Assembly (NCBI GenBank): GCA_038087875.1
Contig: CM075993.1
Location: 1,862,001-1,926,000, forward strand
Source: Malacoraja senta
Taxonomy: Eukaryota
Direction: 5' to 3'
Length of the DNA: 64,000 nucleotides
The stretch's first letter is position 1, and every line of letters begins with the position of its first letter. The position numbers and the translations under genes were made by a program. Below are positions 23,745-37,160 of this stretch, in pieces. The notes under the pieces are model-generated. The model searched no databases. It was not told the DNA's origin and was given only the letters and a program-made list of their open reading frames with translations.

Positions 23745-24080
23745 AGGGCCTGTCCCACTTACCCGATTTTTTTCGGCGACTTGCCGGCACCCGTCATAGT
23801 CGTGGCAGGTCGCCGAAAATGTTTTGAATGTGGAAAATCCAGCGGCGAACAGAAAAAGGTACGACTCTTTGAGCAACTACTCATCACCAAACAGGTGTCT
23901 GTTTGGTGGTGAGTAGTCGCGGGGTGACGCCTGTTTGGTGATGAGTAGTCGCCCAAAGAGTCGTACCTTTTTCTGGTCTCCGCTGGATTTTCAACACGTT
24001 GAAAAATTTCGGCAACCTGCTGCGACTATGACGGGTGCCGGCAAGTCGCCGAAATAAATCGCTTAAGTGGGACGGGCCCT
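23745..24080. mobile_element. PIF/Harbinger-type MITE (family A), near-complete palindrome
   Basis: TAA|AGGGCCTGTCCCACTT ... AAGTGGGACGGGCCCT|TAA, with long inverted arms. Confidence 0.85.
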
Positions 24081-25089
24081 TAATGGAAAAAAAGATTGCA
24101 AAACAAAAAGATAAGACACAAGCGTTAGGTAAAATTAACTAGGATAAATCTCGTCCAGAACAACAGGTATGAATTTTTGAAGAGTCTGAATTTTATGGAC
24201 AGGGTTCGGCCCGGAACGTTGCCTATTTCCTTCGCTCCATAGATGCTGCTGCACCCGCTGAGTTTCTCCAGCGTTTTTGTCTACCTTCGATTTTCCAGCA
24301 TCTGCTGGAAGTTCTTTCTTAAACAACAGTTAATGGACTCGGAGATCTCAACAATCTCCGTGTAAATCTGAGTATAATTTACTCCAAGATATATGCATTG
24401 CTCATCCTAATTTATAATACAAAAAAACAACGAGAGGCTTCCTAAATCCATCACTTCTCAACAACAACTGCCCTGAACAGTTAATTGAATAAATTGCTGC
24501 CTTTATTGCGTTCCATACATCATTAGCATCAAACCACTTTAAAATTGATTCTTTCATTCCCTGCCCTGGAGTTTTGATATTAATATTCTTGCTTTATAAT
24601 AAAGTGCAGCTGATGTAATTTTGTGGCATCAGGAATTGTTGTTGAGGATCGATCGATGGCCGTTGGATTTCCTGAGACTTCAACTCACATATTGTGTCGG
24701 TTAATTTTTGTTCTTTGCTCATTTTCAGCGTCTGAGCTTCGCTATTGTGACTAAAGATAGACACAAAAAGCTGGAGTAACTCAGCGGGACAGGCAGCATC
24801 TCTGGAGAGAAGGAATGGGTCGAGACCCATTCTTCAGACGGTAAAGGTTCAGAAGAAAGGTCTTGACCCGAAACGTCACCCATTCCTTCTCTCCAGAGAC
24901 GCTGCCTGTCCCGCTGAGTTACTCCAACTTTTTGCGCCTATCATCGGTTTAAACCAGCATCTGCAGTTCCTTCCTCCACTATTATGACAATGTTTATTTT
25001 CCATCCCTTGTGAAAGATGTTGAACCAACTCCTTGGACCGTTCCTGCTGATGAAGATGTGACCATGTTGGTTTTTTTTTTAAAAGAGTT

Positions 25090-25562
25090 TTAGTTGAGTT
25101 TTAGAGATACAGCGTGGAAATACAGGCCCTTCAGCCCATCGAGCCCACGCCGACCAGCACACCAAAGGGCCTGTCCCACTTGGGCGTCACGCAGGTGGCG
25201 CGCGAAGATTTTGTGAATCCCCAAAATTCTGGGGCGACCGTGCGTCACTGCCTGCGCCACCACACGCCATGCGCACGTAATTCGCACCATGCACGAATCA
25301 CGTGTGCGTCACGACACGCGCATTGTGACGCATAAATGATGTCGCGTAAATGACGCGCAAATGACACCCAAGTGGGACAGGCCCTTAACACTATCCTACA
25401 CGCGCTGGGGACAATTTACGATTTTTACCGAAGCCAATGTACCTACAAACCTGGACGTCTTTGGAGTGTGGGAGGAGACCAGAGATCTTGGAGAACATCC
25501 ATACAGACTGGCGCTGTAAGCTCCGTAAAGCAGCAACTCTACCACTGCGCCACCATGCCGCC
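25090..25562 (-). mobile_element. V-SINE interrupted by a Harbinger MITE
   Basis: SINE sequence is split at the 'taacactatcc' site. Confidence 0.75.
25166..25385. mobile_element. PIF/Harbinger-type MITE (family C)
   Basis: CAA|AGGGCCTGTCCCACTTGGGCGTCA ... TGACACCCAAGTGGGACAGGCCCT|TAA. Confidence 0.8.
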
Positions 25563-25799
25563 CAATGAGCAGGAATTGATTTAGCCAGAGGGCAGTGAAT
25601 CTGTAGAACTCATTGCCACAGAAGGCTGTGGAGGCCAAGTCAGTGAGTATTTTTGTAAAGCTGAAAGGAATGACTGTCTTGACTCCTGGGTGGAGGATTG
25701 AAGCGTAGAGGAGATATCCCGTCTCCTGCACTTGCTTGGGAAAGTGCCTGAGAAGGGAAGACGGAATTGGTGCAGATGGACGATCAAACTAAGGAGTTT

Positions 25800-26130
25800 C
25801 AGTTTTAGTTTAGTTTAATTTATTTAGGTTAGAGATACAGCGCGGAAACAGGCCCTTCGGCCCACCGAGTCCATGCCAACCAGCGATCCCAGCACATTAA
25901 CACCACCCTACACACACTGGGGACAATATTACAGTTGCACCGAGCCAATTAACCTACAAAACCTGTATGTCTTTGGAGTGCTGGAGGAAACCAAAGATCT
26001 CGGAGAAAACCCACGCAGGTCACGGGGAGAACGTACAAACTCCGTACGGACAGCACCCGTAATTGGGATCGAACCTGGGTCTCTGGCGCTGTGAGGGAGC
26101 AACTCTACCGCTGCGCCACTGTGCCACCCA
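25800..26130 (-). mobile_element. V-SINE (HE1-like)
   Basis: Full-length reverse copy. Confidence 0.85.
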
Positions 26131-27149
26131 TAAACAAAGGGAGGGATACCGTAAGACTTTGATACCGTAACACCTAAATACCTTAAGAGCAGTGTTTAAG
26201 AAGGAACTGCAGATGCTGGAAAATCGAAGGTAGACAAAAATGCTGGAGAAACTCAGCGGGTGCAGCAGCATCTATGGAGCGAAGGAAATAGGCGAGCTGC
26301 ACAACAGATGTCTACCTTAAGAGCAGTATCTTAAGATACCTTAAGAAGATGCTCTGATGGTGAAATCTCGCTGAGGATGGCAGAAATGCGAAGGATGATG
26401 TGTTGGAAGCAACAAAACTGTTGGGTTGTAAGTTGATGACCAGGAGGGAGGGGGGGGGCACTTCATTCTTGCTCTGAATGGGAGCAGAGGGAGGGAAAGA
26501 ATGTTGGCAGCTTAGATCTGTGTGGTATTTTGATGTCAAAACCGTTGTATTTGATATTGAGAATGAGGAATTCTTGGATGTGGATGGAGTTTGGTCTTCA
26601 CAGTAACATCCCCGGGCAAATCAAGAGTTGCAGCAGAAATGTAAGAAAATATGAAAAGCACGGGAGCAAGAAGGGGAAAGAGAATGAGAGAATAAAGAGA
26701 GGGGGGAGTGGTGAGAGGAGGGAAGGAAAGAGAGAAGGCTTGTTGACACAAGGAACTGCAGATGCTGGTTAACAAAAAATGACACAAAGTGCTGGAGTTA
26801 AAGCCCTGTCCCACTGTACGAGTTCATTCAAGAGCTCTCCCTATGGAAGATAGATTGTATTTTTTAAATGTAGTGGTTTGTAAGGGTGCAGATATTGTTC
26901 ACCATCCTCCCACCCAAGATAGGGACATAGACTCATGAGGTCATAGAGCACAGAGCACAGAAAGAGACCTTTCCAACCAATTCATCCATGCCAATGGTTG
27001 GCACGGACTTCGTGGGCCGAAGGGCCTGTTTCCGCAGTATATTTCTAAACTAAAACTAAACTCTCCTGTTAATCTCCATATCCTGCTTTCTTTCTTATAT
27101 CTTTCTTTCCCTCTTTCACTTTCTTTTACTTTCCATCTTTCTCTCAGTT

Positions 27150-27174
27150 TCTCTCTCTCTCAAAATCTCTCCTT

Positions 27175-27231
<57 letters not shown>

Positions 27232-27279
27232 ATCTCTCCTTTTTCTCTCTCTCTCTCTCTCTCTCTCAAAATCTCTCCT

Positions 27280-27340
<61 letters not shown>

Positions 27341-27382
27341 ATCTCTCCTTTTTCTCTCTCTCTCTCTCTCTCAAAATCTCTC

Positions 27383-27432
<50 letters not shown>

Positions 27433-27540
27433 ATCTCTCCTTTTTCTCTCTCTCTCTCTCTCAAAATCTCTCCTTTTTCTCTCTCTCTCTCTCTCTCAAA
27501 AAATCTCTCCTTTTTCTCTCTCTCTCTCTCAAAAAATCTC

Positions 27541-27609
<69 letters not shown>

Positions 27610-27612
27610 ACA
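27150..27612. repeat. (CT)n microsatellite with higher-order CAAAATCTCTCCTTTTT spacer
   Basis: The spacer recurs about 9 times between variable (CT)n runs. Confidence 0.9.
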
Positions 27613-28414
27613 CTTTCTCTCCCCTTCTCTGTCCCTTTCTCTCTTCCCTACTTCCTTTATCCTTTTTAGAAACATAGAAAAACAGGTGCAGGAGTAGGCC
27701 ATTCGGCCCTTCGAGCCTGCACCGCCATTCGATATGATCATGGCTGATCATCTAAAATCAGTAGCCCATTCTTGCTTTCCCCCCCCGATATTCCTTTAGC
27801 CCCGAGCTAAATCTAAGAGCTAAATTTATTTCCGCTTTCTGCCCTTTGCTGTGGAATTGAGGCGAGTTTGATTTAGAAATGCTGCACTCTTTAGTGGAAG
27901 CTGATGTTATCCACAGAACAACATTCAGCAGCGGGCAAACTGGGACTGATGAAGCTGCTGCTATGCATGGTGAATTTAATGGAGCAGAAATGCCTCTTCA
28001 CATACTGGAGGCAGGCCACTAGATGGAACAGGGAACAAGCCATTTAGAGCACTGACCTGCTTAAAAAACAGGTCTAAAAATAAGCGGAGCTGCAGAATGC
28101 TTTGTTGCAGATTATAGAGTGCAACAAATGAGGAAACTGAATTATTATTTTTTAATACCTTGGTAAATAATAATACTAATGCACAAAATCAGCATTTCAT
28201 ACCCGTGAGTGTGTGGCTCCAGACTCCCTACAGCCATCAATATCATTTACAGTCAGGCTTTCAAACTGATGAAGTGCCTGTTGTGATAGAAATATAGTGG
28301 ATATATGAAATTTACAAAGCAGAAAATACTGTAAGCACCCACCAGGCTAGGTAGTATGGGAGAACGTAGAATATAGAACAGTATAGACCAGTGTACAGTG
28401 TAACTCAGTGGGTC

Positions 28415-28691
28415 AATAGACAACAGGCGCAGGAGTTGGCCATTCGGCCCTTCGAGCCAGCACCGCCATTCAAGGTGATCATGGCTGATCATCCCCAATC
28501 AGTACCCCGTTCCTGCCTTCTCCCCATATCCCCTGACTCCGCTATCTTTAAGAGCCCTATCTAGCTCTCTCTTGAAAGCATCCAGAGAACCTGCCTCCAC
28601 CGCCCTCTGAGGCAGAGAATTCCACAGACTCACCACTCTCTGTGAGAAAAAGTGTTTCCTCGTCTCCGTTCAAAATGGCTTACCCCTTATT
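28415..28691 (-). mobile_element. CR1-type LINE 3' fragment
   Basis: Reverse complement of the CR1 3' end seen at 59705-60075. Confidence 0.85.
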
Positions 28692-29215
28692 CAGGTCAGG
28701 CAGCATCTGTGGAGAACATGGATAGGTGACGTTTCACAGAGTGCTGGAGTAACTCAGCGGGTCAGGCAGCATCTGTGGAGAACATGGATAGGTGACGTTT
28801 CACAGAGTGCTGGAGTAACTCAGCGGGTCAGGCAGCATCTGTGGAGAACATGGATAGGTGACGTTTCACAGAGTGCTGGAGTAACTCAGCGGGTGCAGCA
28901 GCATCTGTGGAGCGAAGGAAATGGGCAACCTTTCGGGCCGAAACCCTGAAGGAAATAGGCAACGTTTCGGGCCGAAACCCGGAAGGGTTTCGGGCCGAAA
29001 CGTTGCCTATTTCCTTCGCTCCATAGATGCTGCCGGAACATGGATAGGTGACGTTTCACAGAGGTGCTGGAGTAACTCAGTGGGTCAGGCAGCATCTGTG
29101 GAGAACATGGATAGGTGACGTTTCACAGAGTGCTGGAGTAACTCAGCGGGTCAGGCAGCAACTGTGGAGAACATGGATAGGTGACGTTTCGGGTCGAGAC
29201 CCTTCATCAGACTGA
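28692..29215 (-). repeat. 66-bp tandem array of PLE pLTR fragments with embedded palindromic module
   Basis: Unit gtgctggagtaactcagcgggtcaggcagcatctgtggagaacatggataggtgacgtttcacaga starts at 28741 and 28807, with a partial third start at 28873; hammerhead motif with canonical CUGAUGA on the minus strand at 29183-29210. Confidence 0.85.
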
Positions 29216-31636
29216 ACAGGCCTTTTGGCCACTGCTGAACACAACGCTGTTAAACTCATCCCCTCTGCCTGCACGTGATCCATAAGGCTCCGTTCCCTGC
29301 AAGTCCACGTGCCTGTCTAAAAACCACCAACGGATGGAAACACAAAACTAGTAAATAGAGAAAGCAAAGCTGCAAGTCGTACTAATGTAGAGGGAATAAC
29401 TGACCCAACAATACAAGTGGAACACAGAACAGCACAGCATAGGAGAGGCCCTTCAGCCCGCAATATTTGTGATGGACATGACCACATTAAATTGATCTCC
29501 AACGCCTGCACATATCTTATCTTTTTTTTTAACCTTAATTTTATCCTTGTAATATCATTGCTGAGGTGACCCGTGGTCTTGTCAAACACATGTCATTGTC
29601 CCGTCGACCCTGTGTTAACCCACATATGACAAATAAAACCGGAACTGACCTGAGCTGATCCATACCCTACCATATCCACGAGAAACCCAGCACAGATGGT
29701 ATAGAGAGAGAGAGAGAGCTTTGTGGAGAACCTTGTTTAGTTCAGTTGATTGTCACGTGTACCGAGGTACAGTGGAAAGCTTGTGTTGCGTGCTAACCAG
29801 TCAGCGGGAAGACAATACATGATTACAATCGAGCCGTTCACAGTGTATAGATACACGATGAGGGAATAATGTTTTGTGAGTTTAAGAAGATCGTAGCTAA
29901 AGAAATGTTGCCCAACATGGGGAACATATTTCCTGCATCTAGCCTGTCCAATCCCCTAAGAATTTTGAAGAAGGGTTTCGGCCCGAAACGTTGCCCATTT
30001 CCTTCGCTCCATAGATGCTGCTGCACCCGCTGAGTTTCTCCAGCGCTAAGATTTTTATATGTTTCTGTAAGATCTCCTCTCATCCTTCTAAATTCCAGTG
30101 AATACAAGCCCAGTTGACCCATTCTTTCATCATATGTCAGTCAGTAAGTCACCTAACTATGACCATGGCCCAGTTTTATCTCCCATTGCCACACCTTGAC
30201 CTGCAGCGTGTCCTTCAGGCTTGTCCTTCACATCTGTTAGTACTATTTGTTTTGTTTGCTCACTCTATCTGCCCACGTAAAGACCATAGCTCATTAAGAT
30301 CTATCGATGACTCTCATCATTCTTATCCCCTCCTATCTGGTCTTCTCTCCAACTCTGAAGTTCCAGAGAAAACATAGGAAGTTCTATGAACAAGGGTTTC
30401 GACCCTAAACGCCACCCATTCTCTCCAGAGATGCTGCCTGTCCCGCTGAGTTCCTCCAGCATTTTGTGTCTAAGTTGAGATGAAATAGAGGATGCTTCAG
30501 GGGCAGGTTAAGGTTGGGGACAGTGGGTGAGAGGGAGTGGGGGTTGAAACTGGGATGAAGGAGATAGGAAATAAGTTGAAGAAGGAGAGAAGAGAGAGGG
30601 GGAGAACTTAGGAGAAGGTTGGAGATAGGAAGGAGAGATAGGAAGAGGAAAATGACTTGGAGAGGAGAGATAGGAGAGAGGTAGAGGAATGGGGGAAATA
30701 AGAGGAACATTGGAAGAGAAGATATGAGCAAGGAGATGAGATCGGAGATAAATTGGAGGTAGAATAGGAGAAATACTATTGAATGAGTTACTCCAGCATT
30801 TGTGTGTCTATCTTGGGTTTAAACCAGCATCTGCGGTTCCTTCCTACACGATCCCTGGAAGCGTCCGTGACGAGATGCCCTCTGCGACGCGTCGGGCGAC
30901 AATTCTGTCCACATGTTGGACGACGACAGAGGCCAACAGCGAGCTGACACACGAGCGAACGAACGATACAACAGCGCAGCATTGGAACAGGCCCTTCGGC
31001 CCACAATGTTTGTGCTGAACACGGCTGCTAAAAACAATCCAAGTTGGTCCAACCGCTCCGAGTAGCTAATACCTCCCTCCTCACGCTCCGACTGCCCGTC
31101 TCGCTCTCCGATGGACATCGCCAAGAGCCAAAGCAACCAAGTGCCAATTCTTGCTTCGAATCCCCACGCGTTTGTCCTTTGCTGGTCTGATCACTGTTTC
31201 ACCACCATGTAGCAATTGGAAGGAACATATTCAAGCAGAACTAAAATGGCTTTGGATGTGATCGTCCAAGCTGGCAAATTTCACACTGATCAGTTTTCCC
31301 TATGTCTTCTCAGCTTAAATCAATTATTAAAGAGTTGCTTCACACATCCTGCTACACAATGTCTAAATCAACGAGACGGGCAGAAGCATTAGCCGGTCCC
31401 TGGCGCTGGCCATAAAATGTAATGAAAGATATTAAAGGAATTACTCAAAATGTTATTGAGAGTGGAAGGAAGATGTTGTTAAGATGTCAAATGATACAAA
31501 GGATTGGCAATTGAAATGCCCGACACTGCAGTGGGCGAGAGTCGGGGGGAAGGTTCTTATGCAAAATGTCCAGGAGATGAGTGGGATTACGAGCGGTAGA
31601 TGGCACTATCATAGGAAGAAGAGACCCGAATACGTC

Positions 31637-31941
31637 TTAGTTTAGAGATACAGCACGGAAACAGGCCCTTCGGCCCACGGTGTCCGCGCCGACCAGCGAT
31701 CCCCGCGCACTAACACTATCCGACACACACTAGGGGACAGTTGACAATTTTACCGAAGCCAATTAGCCGACAAACCCGCACGTCTTTGGAGTGTGGGAGG
31801 AAACCGGAGCACCCGGAGAAAACCCACGCAGGTCACGGGGAGAACGTACAAACTCCGTACAGACAGCACCCGTAGTCAGGGTCGAACTCGGGTCTCTGGC
31901 GCTGTGAGGCAGCAACTCTACCGCTGCACCACTATGCCGCC
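31637..31941 (-). mobile_element. V-SINE (HE1-like)
   Basis: Full-length reverse copy. Confidence 0.85.
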
Positions 31942-33141
31942 TTTGAGAGAAAAAATGTGAAGTTTACAACTGTGGCAATGAATTATTCCAGATGTCAAGT
32001 CACTTAAAGGAGGATAATGAAGATTAAATGAAAAGGATTACACATATATAAAGAGGAGCATAATTGCCTCTTAGATTTGGAACATGTTGTACCTGAAACT
32101 GGGCTGATTTCTGCAATGTTTGAATCTCCAAATGACTTTCAGTGGATAATGTTAGACGTTGAATGGATCAGTTTGTGTTTTCAAGAATTTCCCCAATATG
32201 AGTCCTGAAGCCCACACCACCCTGGCCATGCTCTCATTCCACCCCAACCATCGGGAAGGAAGTGCAGGAGCCTGAAATCCGTGACCACCAGCTCCAAGAA
32301 CAGCTTCTTCTCAAACAAACATCACACTTGAACAGTTTAGTATCTAAAACCCCTAATCCAGAATCAACATTTATAATTACACAAACTACGGGTGCTGTCT
32401 GTACGGAGTTTGCACGTCCTCCCCGTGACCTGCGTGGGTTTTCTCTGAGATCTTCAATTTCCTCCCACACTCCAAAGACGTACAGGTTTGTAAGTTAATT
32501 GGCTTGGTGTGTGTGTGTAAAAATTGTCCCTAGTGTGTGTAGGATAGTGTTAATGTGTGGGGATCGCTGGTCGGCACGGACTCGGTGGGCCGAAGGGCCT
32601 GTTTCCGCGCTGTATCTCTAAACTAGAGAGGTGGATGTTAACAGTCCTGTGATACTACTTAAAATAGGAGAGTTTGTTTCTGATGAACTAACATATATAT
32701 TCAGACATGGTGTTTAAGAAGGAACTGCAGATGCTGGAAAAATCAGACATGGATTATTTTCACTGGAACATGGATAGTTGAGGGGAGACTTTATAGAAGG
32801 ATATACAATTCTGGGAGGCATAGATAGGATAGACATTCAGAACCTTTATCGCCAAGATGGAAATATCAAACACTAGAGGGCATAGAGTCATACTGCGTGG
32901 AAACAGGCCCTTCAGCCCAACTTGCCCACACCGACCAACATGTCCTACCTACACGAGTTCCACCTGCCTGTGGTCCATATCCCTCCAAACCATTCCGATC
33001 AATGTACATGTCCAAAAGTCAAATATTTTGTGACTGGGAGCTCGGAGAGTACAGCCTGTTTGCTAGATACAACCTTGTTTGTTGTCCTTGATACTCACTG
33101 ACATTCACACTATACAACTTGATTAAAATCTTAACTGATTG

Positions 33142-33455
33142 GGGGCGGCACGGTGGCTCAGCGGTAGAGTCGCTGCCTCACAGCGCCAGAGACCTGGGTT
33201 CGATCCCGACTACGGGCGCTGTCTGCACGGAGTTTGTACATTCACCCCGTGACCTGCCCGGGTTTTCTCCAAGAACTTCACTTTCCTCCCACACTCTAAA
33301 GACGTACAGGTTTGTTGGTTAATTGGCTTGGTGTAAGTGTAAATATGTCCCTAGTGTGGGTAGGATAGTGTTAGTGTGCGGGGATCGCTGGTCGGTGCAG
33401 ACTCGGTGGGCCGAAGGGCCTGTTTCCGCGCTGTATCTTTAAACTAAACTAAACT
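33142..33455 (+). mobile_element. V-SINE (HE1-like)
   Basis: Full head, V-domain and tail. Confidence 0.85.
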
Positions 33456-33877
33456 GATTAATGAAGGACTCTATGGCCATTATATAAAATTCGCATCATT
33501 ATTGGAATGCATTAATTTTCAGGCTGTGTCTACAATATATTAATGTTCCAGATTAATCACTCCCAGTATGGATCGAAAATGGCCAATTTATAACATAATC
33601 ATTCAATCAGGTCAACATCTTATTATTATGTGATAAGCATTGTCTAGCCAGTATAATAGACAAGCTTCACAAGACATTCTGCACCATTACTGTAAATATA
33701 AGACTTTTAATGCATTTTTTAATTTTCTGATTTATATAATTTTATGCCTTTTAATACTTGACGGCATCTATTCTGGTGTTGACTCCTGGCGAAGAAAAAT
33801 TGAAATGGTTGTAAATTGATATTTCTTTGTGCTTCTAGATATCCTGCTCTGTTGCCAAAGCACCATGTTGATGGATA

Positions 33878-34270
33878 GTGTGTCTGTATCTGTGTGTGTG
33901 TCTGTGTGTCTGTGTGTCTGTGTGTCTGTGTATCTGTGTGTCTGTGTGTGTCTGTGTGTGTCTGTGTGTCTGTGTGTGTCTGTGTTCTTGCGTGTGTGTG
34001 TGTGTTTATCAGTGTCTATGTGTATGTATGCGCATGTGCGTGCGTGTATTAGTGTATTCACACGTGAGTGTGTGTTTGCCAAAGTTTTATGTTTGTCATA
34101 TATGTGTGTGTGTGTGTATGTATGCATGTATGCGTGTGTGTGAGTGCGTGCATGTGTGTGTGCGTGCATGTATGTGTGTAAGTGTGCGTGCGTGCATATG
34201 TGTGCGCGTGTGTGTACGTGCATGTATGTGTGTGTGCATGTGTACAAGTGTGTGTGCGTGTGCGTACACA
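33878..34270. repeat. Degenerate (GT)n/(GTCTGT)n microsatellite
   Basis: Direct inspection. Confidence 0.9.
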
Positions 34271-35413
34271 CCCATCCTAACCAAGAATCTATCTATCTCT
34301 GCCTTTAAAATATCCACTTTATCCTGTATCTGTACACTGTGGACGGCTCGATTGTAATCGTGTATTGTCTTTCCGCTGACTGGTTAGCACGCAACAAAAG
34401 CTTTTCACTGTACCTCGATACACGTGACAATAAACTAAACTGTAACTGAACTCGTCCACATCCAGTTTTGCCCCAGTATCATCAGCATGTTATAAATCTT
34501 AATGCAGTCCCTTCTCGTTCTTTAAAACGCAGTGAATAGAAGCCCAATTATCGTGATTTACCTAATCAGGGAGCTCGCACAGATTTCTGACAATTATTCT
34601 GATGAAGGTAGACAAAAATGCTGGAGAAACTCAGCGGGTGCAGCAGCATCTATGGAGCGAAGGAAACAGGCAACGTTTCGGGCCGAAACCCTTGACATCA
34701 GTTCAACATAAGCAGATTAATAAACGCACTAATATAGCACAGACAAGTTGGTACAATTACATGTTAATATAACCAGTGAAACCCATGAAAATATATAACG
34801 ATAGTATGTTGTTTTTAAGGCACATTTTAGTTCAGTTAACAGTTCCATTAACTGATTGAACGTCTGATTGTCGGAATTACTGATGGACGTAATATTAATG
34901 GTATGACTGACCTGGAAGATTGATAACCTTATATGAAGGAAGATAGACACAAAAAGCTGGAGTAACTCAGCGGGACAGGCAGCATCTCTGGAGAGAAGGA
35001 ATGGGTGACGTTTCGGGTCGGGACCCTTCTTCAGACTGGTTATGGATAAGGGAAAAGAGAGATATAGACGATGATGTAGAGAGATAAGAGTTATTTTGAT
35101 GGGACTAAACACGAGAGGATTCAAAGGGATAGTTGTCCCACTGCGACCCACGTCACTCAGGAAACAGCAGCTCAATTGTTGCCGATGTTGGGGGGAGTCC
35201 AGAACCAGGGGTCACACAGTTTGAGAATAAAGGATAGGCCATTTAGGACTGAGATGAGGAAAAACTTTTTCACCCAGAGAGTTGCGAATCTGTGGAATTC
35301 TCTGCCACAGAAGGCAGTGGAGGCCAATTCACTGGATGTTTCAAGAGAGAGTTAAATTTAGCACTTAGGGCTAAAGGAATCAAGGGATATGGGGAGAAAG
35401 CAGGAACGGGTTA

Positions 35414-35649
35414 AGGGCCAGTCCCACTTTCACGACCTAATTCACAACCTTTTATACTCGTGGACATTTTTCATCGTTGAAAAAACGCCCCGACCTACTT
35501 GATGCCACGAGTACCTACGACTAGCATCACAACCTCCTAAGACCTACCTAAGACCTACCTACGACCTCGTGACGACCATGCTGCGAGTGTGAGTCAAGGG
35601 CAAACTCGGCAGAGGTCGTGAATTAAGTCGTGAAAGTGGGGCAGGCCCT
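35414..35649. mobile_element. PIF/Harbinger-type MITE (family D) inserted in a CR1 3' end
   Basis: TTA|AGGGCCAGTCCCACTTTCACGACCTAATTCAC ... GTGAATTAAGTCGTGAAAGTGGGGCAGGCCCT|TAA; CR1 sequence continues on both sides. Confidence 0.8.
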
Positions 35650-36111
35650 TAACTGATTTTGGATGACCAGCCATGATCATAGTGAGACAAGAATCAAGAG
35701 TGTTTTATTGTCAGAGGTCCCGGATGGGACAATGAAATTCTTACTTGCTGCAGCACAACAGAATATGTGAATATGTAAACATTGTATATAACGGGGGAAG
35801 AGAAAAAAAAGAAAAAGTTCAACAAATAACAAATAATAATATAGTATTTTGTAGTTCAGAGTTCAGAGCTTATTTGTTGTATTGTTTAATAGCCTGATGG
35901 CTGTAGGGAAGAAGCTGTTCCTGAACTTGGCGGTGCTGGCTCGAAGGCCGAATGGCCTACTCCTGCACCTATTTTTCTATGTTTCTATGTTTCTAATTGC
36001 TAAAGTGTCCACACACCATCACTGACTGTAATTTAAACCCTACTCACTGGCATGAATGTGGGGCATTTTGAAATGGTGATAAGCCTCTTCACAAATGACA
36101 TTTCCTCCTAT

Positions 36112-36584
36112 TGTGTTTAAGAAGGAACTGCAGATGCTGGAAAATCGAAGGTAGACAAAAAGTGCTGGAGAAACTCAGCGGGTGCGGCAGCATCTATGGA
36201 GCGAAGGAAATAGGCAACGTTTCGGGACGAAACGTTGCCTATTTCCTTCGCTCCATAGAAGAAGGGTTTCGTCCCGAAACGTTGCCTATTTCCTTCACTC
36301 CATAGAAGAAGGGTTTCTTCCCGAAATGTTGCCTATTTCCTTCGCTCCATAGAAGAAGGGTTTCGTCCCGAAACGTTGCCTATTTCCTTCACTCCATAGA
36401 AGAAGGGTTTCGGCCCGAAACGTTGCCTATTTCCTTCGCTCCATAGAAGAAGGGTTTCGTCCCGAAACGTTGCCTATTTCCTTCGCTCCATAGAAGAAGG
36501 GTTTCGGCCCGAAACGTTGCCTATTTCCTTCGCACCATAGATGCTGCTGCACCCGCTGAGTTTCTCCAGCACTTTTGTCTACCT
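36112..36584. repeat. PLE fold-back containing six 47-bp tandem units
   Basis: Unit gaagggtttcg[t/g]cccgaaacgttgcctatttccttc[g/a]ctccatagaa starts at 36261, 36308, 36355, 36402, 36449 and 36496. Confidence 0.85.
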
Positions 36585-36854
36585 CTGTCCGTCTTTCCCC
36601 TCCTATTGTACGTATTGTCAATCTCAGACAGTTTTACGACAATCTCTGAAAAGAAGCAACATTCATGTCACATGTGCCTAGGTCACTCATTCAGTTTACT
36701 CCATAATACAGCTGCTAGGTTTAGCACAGATGCAGCGACGAAAATCTGGATGGTGTTCAGGAAGAATAATCTTATCTTCCACTGAGTTTAGCCCAGCGTA
36801 GTTTAATGTCAAGTGTGCTGAGGTGCAGTGCACGGCCTTTTTTAAATCTGCGTG

Positions 36855-36933
36855 TTAGTTTAGTTTAGAGAAACAGGCCCTTCGGCCCACCGAGTCCGTG
36901 CCGACCAGCGATCCTCCGCACATTAACACCATC

Positions 36934-36982
<49 letters not shown>

Positions 36983-37160
36983 GGACAATTTGCACGTACA
37001 CGCCTGTACGTCTTTGGAGTGTGTGGGAGGAAACCGGAGCACCCGGAGAAAACCCACGCGGGTCACGGGGAGAAGGTACAAAGTCCGTACAGACAAGCAC
37101 CCGCAGTCGGGATCGAACCCGCGTTGCAAGCGCCGTAAGGCAGCAACTCTACCGCGCCAC
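36855..37160 (-). mobile_element. V-SINE with expanded (CA)n
   Basis: (CA)n at 36936-36979 lies in the SINE 'ctacacacactaggg' site. Confidence 0.8.

Noticed and set aside
28692..29215. CRISPR-like array
   Set aside because: Units are contiguous tandem repeats without unique spacers; the context is eukaryotic and there are no cas genes
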